The translations under genes were made by a program, and so were the position numbers. Positions 55,307-64,000 of a stretch of DNA of 64,000 nt are shown in pieces; position 1 is the stretch's first letter; each line of letters opens with the position of its first letter. The notes under the pieces are model-generated. The model was not told where the DNA came from, made no database searches, and was given only the letters and a program-made list of their open reading frames with translations. The stretch covers positions 44,206,001 to 44,270,000 of the forward strand of contig OX597833.1 of NCBI GenBank assembly GCA_951406725.2, in the 5' to 3' direction. Origin of the DNA: Octopus vulgaris (lineage: Eukaryota).

Positions 55307-55418
55307 ATGCGGAAGTGTAAGGAGCAATCATCAGCATCATCATAGCTAACAACATCGTTGATCTTGAGAGACCAGTATAAGGCAGAACTAGAAATAATCG
55401 TCGGATCCCAGACACCAT
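55307..55418 (-). CDS. Exon 1: leader/signal peptide MVSGIRRLFLVLPYTGLSRSTMLLAMMMLMIAPYTSA
   Basis: ATG, hydrophobic core, T-S-A cleavage-like end, consensus GTAAGT donor in phase 1 matching exon 2; the link across a 13.8-kb intron is inferred. Confidence 0.62.
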
Positions 55419-55471
55419 TAATATTACGAAAAGATGTGTCTAATACAAAGAGTGTAGTCGAAACAAAGAGC

Positions 55472-55479
55472 TTTATATA
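55472..55479 (-). promoter_or_regulatory. Candidate TATA box (TATATAAA)
   Basis: About 55 nt upstream of the exon 1 ATG. Confidence 0.4.
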
Positions 55480-55773
55480 GAGAGAGATTAGTGATAGCGT
55501 TTACAAAAATAGAAAGGAAAGCGCAATATATGTAAGCGTGAATGAGAGAAAGAGTGAAGCTTGAGTAGAGTTTGAGTGAAGCTGAGATTATTTCATCTGG
55601 CTGTTTGCTTCTCTCGCTCTCTCTCTCCCTTCGTCCCTCTCTCTCTCTCTCTCTCTCTTTCTCTCTTTCTTCCTTTCTTTCTTTCTCTCTCTCTCTCTCT
55701 CTCTCTGTTACTTTCTTTGTGCTTCGAGAAGTCATGTAGATCACATGAAAAACGATTTGACAGAAAGTAATAA

Positions 55774-55838
<65 letters not shown>

Positions 55839-56260
55839 CACACGCACGCAAAACGCACACGCACGCACAAACGCACACGCACACACACACCCACACACAC
55901 ACACACACACACATACACACACGTATACATACATACAAACAAAGAGGGAACAGAGACGGCCACTAAGAACGTGTGTGAGGAAAGCGACGACGAAATATAA
56001 AAGTGAAAGTGAGAAAGGGAGATAAGAAGACAAATAAATGCTAGAATGAAAGAGTATAAAAAACTCCATGAGAAAGAGAGAAAAGATAGACAAAGACAGA
56101 GGGAAAGAGGAAGAGGTAGAGAAACGGTAAAAGCATTTTCGTTTTTTTAATACAGTTAGTTTATAATTTTCCTAATAGATTTTCCAATACGGCACTCAAC
56201 GGGGGGGGGGGGGGCTGATTGGAGAGGCTGCCTTAACTTCCCGGTATTTTTTCAAACTTA

Positions 56261-56866
56261 AGGCGGCGAGCGGGGAGAAACGTTAGCACGCCGGGCGAAA
56301 TGCTCACCGGTATTTCGTCTGCCGCTACGTTGTGAGTTCAAATTCCGCCGAGGTCGACTTTGCCTTTCATCCTTTCGGGGTCGATACATTAAGTACCAGT
56401 TACGCACTGGAGTCGATGTAATCGACTTAATACCTATGTCTGTCCTAGTTTGTCCCCTCTGTGTTTAGCCCCTTGTGGGTAATAAAGAAATAGGTATTTC
56501 GTCTGCCGCTAGGTTCTGAGTTCAAATTCCGCCGAGGTCGACTTTACCCTTCATCCTTTCGGGGTCGATTAAATAAGTACCAGTTACGCACTGGGGTCGA
56601 TGAAATTGACTTAATCTGTTTGTCTGTCCTTGTTTGTCCTCTCTGTGTTTAACCCCTTGTGGGTAGTAAAGAAATAGGTATTTCGTCTGCCGCTACGTTC
56701 TGAATTCAAATTCCGCCGAGGTCGACTTTAACTTTCATCCTTTCGGGGTCGATTAAATAAGTACCAGTTACGCACTGGGGTCGATGTAATTGACTTAATC
56801 TGTTTGTCTGTCCTTGTTTATCCCCTCTGTGTTTAACCCCTTGTGGGAAGTAAAGAACTAGGTATT
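56261..56866 (+). repeat. SINE head followed by three tandem 184-bp units
   Basis: ggtatttcgtctgccgcta at 56309, 56493 and 56677. Confidence 0.9.
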
Positions 56867-57513
56867 TTCCCAACTTAGTTGATTCACGTTAAAGTGAGTT
56901 GTTAGGGAAGGGAGAGGTGATGGGTTTATTAGGGTTATATCTTGTTCAGGCTCCCACCTTATTTCAGGGTCACCCTGGCAGTTGAGAGAAAGTGGTGTCT
57001 ACTCGACCCGGTGAGCATTCGGGATTGCTGCTACACATGTCTACAAGTAACTTACTGGTGAAGCAGAACAGGTTGGGAGTGAACCCTGTACATTCTTTGA
57101 CTACTTTGTCTTCAAATTCTATGACATTGTGTTCAGCGACAAGCTATCAGTTTCTTCCTCAGAATGTCTCATAACTCTGCTTAGTAGGTTACTGTTCCTC
57201 TTCACTGGATTCTTTGTGCTGCTTCTTCAAAGTTCTCAGTTCATCCTGCCATAGTTGTATTCGGTAACCGAGCAGAGTTATCTGTATGAGTTATTGTTAC
57301 TTCAATGAGGCTGAATCTGGCAAATGTCATTAACCTCAGCCATCTGCCAGCATTCCCTTTCCTGTTGACCGTCTGATCTTGCATGCATCATGTTCAAACA
57401 GCTGAGCTACAATGCATTCTTCTGAGTATACAAGCACAATATATATTCATACATACATACATGCATACATACATACATACATACATACATACATACATAC
57501 GTGCATGCATATA

Positions 57514-57575
<62 letters not shown>

Positions 57576-57577
<2 letters not shown>

Positions 57578-58139
57578 TGGGTTATCCGGAAAGTTCGTGC
57601 CGATTTATAGTAGCCTAAACTTTCAACGTATTTTAGAATATGGTTGAGTCCATAAAATAGGATTTGACTACACCTCCATTTAGAGCACAGTTTAAGCTAT
57701 CTGTTCGTGGAAGAAGGTTTATGTTACTATAACCTGTGTTAATTCTGTAACCCTTTAAGATAGAAGGTAAGAAAGTTCACTTTTGGGCACTTGATGCTTT
57801 GGGAACCAGACAAAAGTTGCTGCAGCTCGGCTGGGATGTGTTACCACACCCTCCATATTCACCAGATATTGCTCCTTCGGATTTCCACTTATGCAAGTCT
57901 TTGCAGTCTTAATGGTAAAAGTTTCAATTCCTTGGATGACGTAAAAAGATATCTTGATGAATTCTTTGCTATGAAAGCACCTCAATTCTGGGAAGGGGGT
58001 ATTTTCAAGTTAAAGGAAAAATGGAGATACATTGTGCAACAAAATGGCTCATATTCGGTTGATTAAAAATGTAATGGCAAATATTTATTGACCTTTTCTT
58101 TCCTTTAAAAATTGGCACGATCTTTCCGGACAACACAAC

Positions 58140-58140
<1 letters not shown>
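57576..58140 (+). mobile_element. Internally deleted mariner
   Basis: Imperfect TIRs; WDVLPHPPYSPDIAPSDFHL and GIFKLKEKWRYIVQQNGSY. Confidence 0.85.
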
Positions 58141-58171
<31 letters not shown>

Positions 58172-58676
58172 CTAGCAGTATCGCCCGGCGTTGCTCGGGT
58201 TTGTAAGGGAAATAACTATATAAGCATTTTTAGAGAGTTACTTCCCTTATAAATTCGGGCTTTCTTAGCCATTTTTGTTTTGGTGTCTTCAAGCCATGAA
58301 GTCGTTGTTCTAAAAGAACGCTGGTTTCCTTCACAACGCATTACGACGTTGATTTCTTTACACTCCCTTCCCCACAGCTTCACGAGGGAGGGAAGGGGGA
58401 GAAGCAAACAGGTGCAGCTGTGAGCGTGGACGCCAACTCCGCCGCCATCGACATACGATGCATTTTATGCATTAAAATGGAATAAAAAATGATGTTAAAT
58501 TATTTTTAAAATCGTAGACTCATCGTTGACGCGCGCTAATAGTCAGACGGGCTCGATATAAATCACGACTATAAGATACCCGAATTTGGTTAAACTGCAC
58601 CGCAAAATGTGGGAGGAGTTAGGAATCTAAATCGAAGGGGACAGACACTCACACAACTAGAGTTTTATATATATAG

Positions 58677-58677
<1 letters not shown>
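58172..58677 (-). mobile_element. Non-autonomous Helitron
   Basis: TC...cccgagcaacgccgggcgatactgCTAG on minus; same 3' end as 20768-21153. Confidence 0.85.
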
Positions 58678-58707
<30 letters not shown>

Positions 58708-59237
58708 TGTATACTTACACACACACACATTATATACATGAATACATATACATATATAAACACATGCCACGCACACATAACATAAGAGCATTAAAGAATG
58801 AAGTCAACTAACTACGTTTATAGTTTAGTTTTTGCATGTTTCATTAGCTTCAGTAAACCAGTCTTGCATAACACGTTTTATAGCCTTGAATATACGGAGC
58901 GGCGTGAAGCAGGGCTGTATGCTTGTCCCCTCACTCTTTGGTATCTTTGCAGTCATACTTAAACTCGATTATTTTTTCAGTTATACCTAAAGTTTTGTAT
59001 GCCACCATAAGGAAATCGAGAAAGGACGAATGCAATTGAACGAAATACAGGGAGAAAGAAATTAAAATAGATGGAGAGGGGACAAAATAGTTTAACAGGA
59101 AACTAAATCTGCTATCAGACTGACAGTATTACATACCAACACAGTTTGTATTCAGCTAAGACTATGGTATATTATTAGTATGACAGCCCCCTATTTGGAG
59201 CTTTGTACGATAATTCACATACATCACACACACACAC

Positions 59238-59274
<37 letters not shown>

Positions 59275-59297
59275 GTATGTATATGCATGTATACATA

Positions 59298-60450
59298 CCA
59301 AGGCTTTTGACCAAGTCAGTATAGACGACCTGTTCAAAATCCTTGCCATGATTAACTGCCCTCCAAGACTCCTCAGGATTGTCCAATCATTTAACGCAGG
59401 CATGAAAGGGGTCGATGGCTCTTTTTCGGATGCCTTGAATTTACGGAGCGGCGTGAAGCAGGGCTGTATGCTTGCCTCCTCACTCTTTGGTATCTTTGCA
59501 GTCATACTTAAACAAGTATTTGAGACATCAACTGATAGTGTCTACCTTCATACCAGATCAGACGGTAAACTGTTAAGTCTGTTGAGGCTGAAAGCAAAAT
59601 TCATGGTGCGCCATGTACGCGGCACTGACAGCGCACTCTGAAGAGCAAATGCAGCACATCGTGGACAAACTTCCAACGGCCTATCAGCAATTCAGCCTGA
59701 CAATCAGTCTGAAGATCTAAGTAATGAACTAAAGTGCCAAGTACCCACGACGACGACGATCACCATCACCATCAACAACTACAAGCTGGAAGTAGTCCAT
59801 CAATTCACCTATCCCAAATCTGCCATCGCTGATGGCCTCTCTTTGGACCCTGAGATCAACAGGCGAATCGGACGAGCATCCTCCACATTTGCAAGGCTGA
59901 CATAGAGAGTTGGGAAACAAACAAACAAAAAATACTGGCTGCAAACTTCAGGATTGCTGTCTATAAGGCGTGCATCCTTAGTACACTACTTTACAGTAGT
60001 GAGACGGGGAGCCTCTTCTCCAGACATGAACGATGTCTCAACGTCTTTTACTTTCGTAATTTGAGACGCATCTTGGATATCACGTAGACCAACTATATCA
60101 CCAACATCGAAGTCGTCAACTGAGCCAAGATGCCCAGCATACTCACCCTGCTTTATCAGCGTCGTTTGCGCTAGTTCGGTCATGTAGATCTCATGCTGGA
60201 CGGAAGGATTTCAAAAGACCTCCTGTATGGGGAATTGGCACCGGTGTAAAAGCACGAGGACGACCTCGTCTTCGTTTCCAGGACGTCTGTAAGAGGGATA
60301 TTAAGTCGCTTGATCTGGACGTGTTGAGATGGGAGGAGGTTGCAAATGACCGCCCAGACTGGAAACAAAGAGTGATGAAGCCAGCGGGAATAAAACAGGA
60401 ACTAGCTACCACTGAAAATTGAACTCGACGGAAGAAAAAAACCCAGTAGC
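59298..60450 (+). mobile_element. Degenerate RTE (BovB-like) RT fragment
   Basis: TKAFD, GVKQGCMLA, TRSDGKL, KDLLYGEL motifs. Confidence 0.85.
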
Positions 60451-60493
60451 GCTGGCAGAGAGCTCTCGACATTCTGAGAAACGATATCACTAA

Positions 60494-60909
60494 TCTCTCT
60501 CTATAAAAACCTTTTGCTTCTCTGTCTGTCTGTCTGTCTGTCTGTTCCCTATGCATTTTCAAACTGCTCGACCAAATCAAATCCAATTTTACAAGGTAAT
60601 AGTATCAGACCCCGTGAGTGTTAACATGTGATTTTTGTTTCATTTGGATTAAAACAATATAACATTGGCACTGGTTTGGTATTACGTGTCAAAATTGAAA
60701 GAATAGCATGTGACCTCGTGTGTTCCGTTGGCGATTTTTTTTCCTCTATCTTCCCTTCTCTGGATCTTTCCTTCTCCTATGTTTCCGACGAAGAGCTCCG
60801 TTCGAAACGTTAAACCCTCTTTCTTCCCTTCTTTCCTGAGCGTCCAATAATACTATATTTGTTCCACGTCCTCGCGTTGTTGTGTTTTTTTGTGTTTTCT
60901 TGTTTGGAT

Positions 60910-60973
<64 letters not shown>

Positions 60974-62843
60974 AATGTGATATAATATTGTTTCATTTTT
61001 ATTCTTTTACCTTTGATAAGACTATAATAATGTTTCACTTTTATTCTTTCACTTTCGATAAAACTAGTATATTATTTCATTTTTATTCTTTCACTTTCGA
61101 TAAAACTAGTATATTATTTCATTTTTATTCTTTCAATATTGATAAGACTATAATATTGTTTCACTTTTATTCTTTCACTTTTCATAAGACTATAATATTG
61201 TTTCACTTTTATTCTTACACTTTTAATTCTAATGTGGTTACACTAAGATTATCAGATTTCTTTTGTATTTGAAATAAATGAATAATTCATAACCTAATGT
61301 GAACAACATTAAGCATCGGCAACTTTCCGTCTTTACGGCCACGGCAATAGAATGATGTGTCAGTCTATGTGTGTTGATTGACATAACGAACGGCTGGAGG
61401 TGAAACTCTTGACAAAAAACAATGAGGTGGCAGGTCCAAGGTATATAAAAATGCACATTTACCATTCGAGTACCAGTTAATAATCATCGCAACAGTTGCA
61501 AGGTTGCAAGATATTTACAATTACAAATTAGCAATTCATACATGTGCTTCTATTTGGTAAATTTGCTTATATTTGGTTAATTTATACTGTATACAAAAAT
61601 AAAAACATACTACATACATACAACTACTTGCAAAAATAGAGATTAATGTATAATTTTTTTCTATGTTCATAATTTTTTGTTTACAATATTGAAAGATGCC
61701 ACTAAAGGAAAAACGTTATCTCTCTAGAAACAAGTATAAAGCAAGGAGGATTGTAGAAAATTGAAGGCGAGTGCTTCAAGAGAGAAGGGAGATGAGACTT
61801 TCTCAAGATCAGCAAACGCATGCTGCAGACGACAAATGCAGTCTCATGAGAGAAGGAGATGAGACTTTCCTAGTATCAACAAATGCATGCTGCAATACGT
61901 CAAATGGTGTCTTAAAAGAGAAGGGAGATGAGACTTTCTCAAGATCAGCAAGGACATGCTGCAGCACGTCAGATGTAGTTTCAATACAGACGGGAGATGA
62001 GATTTTCGCAAGATCTGCAATGGCATGCTGCAGCACTTGACGAGGAATCATTAAAACAACAATTTAATGAATAGAGAGAGCGCCAATAAAATAGCTCTCA
62101 GAAACAGATTACGTACAAATTCATTCTTTACAACTCCTGGGGCTGCTTTCAGATATGATCCATCCTATTCTTATAAAAATGATAATTTTGTCGAAATTGG
62201 TTTGATAAACTGAAATCGTCGTTTCTGCAAAGCTTTAAAATTCCCAAATGAAACTAATGGCATGCGCTGTTCGGGCGGTAAAATAAAACTGTCGGCAATA
62301 ACAGCTTCTCCTCAACCTCTTACTGATCTTCTGGAAGGCGCTTCCATCCAGTCAAAGGATTTTCCAAACAATATCAGATAATACAAATATGCATTTCAAA
62401 TAACATCGTTTGATGCATTAAAGGAGATAGTTAAACATGGATTTACGCCGACGTTCAAAGTTCAAGGGCAAGTCTATCATCTCATTTCTTTCTACTACAT
62501 TTCCTCCAAATTTACTTCGTGGGTGATGTTGGACAACAAACCCGAAGGAAGTGTCCAAACTTCAGACCACGGATCGTGTTAGACGCAGCGCCGACTGCTG
62601 CAAAGGTGAGTATATCCACTGACAGCTTTTCGGTGCGTTCAAATCTTGCATAGCCCCCACCTCAATTTCCCATGACAGGTTAGGGCTTGGGATGCTCCAA
62701 ACGGAGGCATAACATGTCACTTATTCGAGTGTTTTGTCGTCAATGCTGCACTTTCCCGAGTCACCTGTTTCAACATAACTGTAATTTATAAAAAAAAAAA
62801 TATGCCATTTTGATCCCCGAGCAACGCCGGTTTTCTCTGCTAG
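60494..62843 (+). mobile_element. Defective Helitron with RepHel N-terminal remnant, 42-bp minisatellite and nested short element
   Basis: 5' TC, 3' ccccgagcaacgccgg..CTAG; CKALKFPNETNGMRCSGGKIKL, AFQITSF, PTFKVQGQVYH at about 62130-62490. Confidence 0.82.
60982..61222. repeat. 42-bp minisatellite, about 6 copies
   Basis: 14-aa periodicity in ORF 60988-61272. Confidence 0.9.
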
Positions 62844-63437
62844 TAGTGTTTATAATTGCACAGGATGATGAGAGAAAGTGTTCACGTTCCTAAGAGTCTC
62901 GTTTGGATTATGGTAAAGTGCATATAATCCTATATTTCAGGCTGATAGATCTAGAAAATTGGCTGATCTGTAATCTGTTCCCATTGGGAGTGATAGACCA
63001 AAATTTCCAAAGGATTTAAGCATTTTCCTATACCTTTCTAGTACCGCTACACTACACCTATCAACGGAAAAGTGTTTGTTGTTCATATATATACTTATCT
63101 TTCCTTAGGAAAAGCAGATTCTAGTTGGGAAAACAAGATAGACTCTATGTACCTATAGATGAAAATTTGTTTTATTATATCTATTTAGATGTATGTGTAC
63201 GAGAGCATGTGTACACATATATTGCACACATACACACACACATTTATGTTTTCAATATCAGAATTCAATGAGTAGTAAATAGAGAAAGCACTCAATACAT
63301 AGTGTGGTGTTGAATATTTATTTCCAGGAATATGTGACATAACTGTGACTTGGAAGATTCGCTGAAGAGGTTCATCAGACAATATCCCATGAAAAAGAAA
63401 CCATTGCCAAATTAGAAAGATACTATATATGTGTGTA

Positions 63438-64000
63438 CGAGGTCTGATCAATAATTATCCGGACTGTTGCCATAGTAACGAAGCTTCAGCACACGGAATC
63501 AAGCCATTTGGATAAGATTGACTTGAACTCTGCTGTGCATACACAATAAGTTTTAACGTTCTAGCTCACTTCCGCTGTTTAAAGCAGTTCTTGGAAGGAA
63601 GGTGTGTAGCGTGTGATCGTTGCATTGACCATGAGAAAGTTGTCATGGTGATACATGCTCAGAGGCCTACACAAAGTTGCAAAAATGTGTATAGAGAGGA
63701 AAGTATGAGTTGCAGACAAGTGTCCGAGTGGTTCAGACGTTTCCAAGATGGCCGAAAGTATGTCGATATTGACAAACGTTCTGAGAGACCCGAAACCAGC
63801 AAAATTAAGAAATTGTCGAATCGCCATCCGTGAGATTTCAGAGGATGCGCAGACTAGTTACGGTTCAGTTCAGTCCATTATCACAGAAGATTTGGGTATG
63901 AGACGCGTGTCTGCCAAGGTTTTGCCAGAACTGCTTACAGCTGACCAAAATGACACTCGGGTTTCAGTTGCACAAGATCTTCTTGACTGTATAGAGAAAG
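63438..64000 (+). mobile_element. Mariner, 5' part, degenerate (runs off window)
   Basis: TA|cgaggtctgatcaataa TIR; VSEWFRRFQDGR..D..RSERPETS, LGMRRVSA motifs. Confidence 0.85.

Noticed and set aside
60982-61222. CRISPR-like array
   Set aside because: Head-to-tail minisatellite with no unique spacers; eukaryotic context, no cas genes.

Overview
This is AT-rich, microsatellite- and transposon-dense eukaryotic DNA. The SINE families and repeat landscape suggest an octopus or other coleoid cephalopod (inference). Most of the window is degraded mobile DNA: RTE, CR1, R4/Dong and Penelope retroelements, Helitrons, Chapaev3, mariner, MITEs and tRNA-derived SINEs. The main result, not visible in the ORF track, is a spliced minus-strand gene. 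Its five coding exons (55418-55307, 41500-41177, 39347-39042, 34673-34635, 30222-30143) join through phase-1 GT-AG introns into a 286-aa protein: signal peptide, Ig-like domain, second Ig-like domain, linker, and a hydrophobic GPI-like tail. A probable 3'UTR exon follows at about 28030-27950. The gene belongs to a divergent paralog cluster: the 3' end of one paralog at 1951-10830 (+), an orphan Ig exon at 24882-25187 (+, 40/102 aa identical), and a further 3'-end unit at about 62880-63410. The locus also carries a large interrupted inverted duplication (12254-19606 vs 45814-54455; about 19973-24533 vs 28848-31620). It starts exactly at a MITE end, has a perfect 52-bp palindrome at its internal junction, and gives filled/empty insertion sites for a Helitron and a SINE. 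Minimal hammerhead-ribozyme motifs occur in short Penelope-type elements. All alignments were done by eye and no database searches were run.
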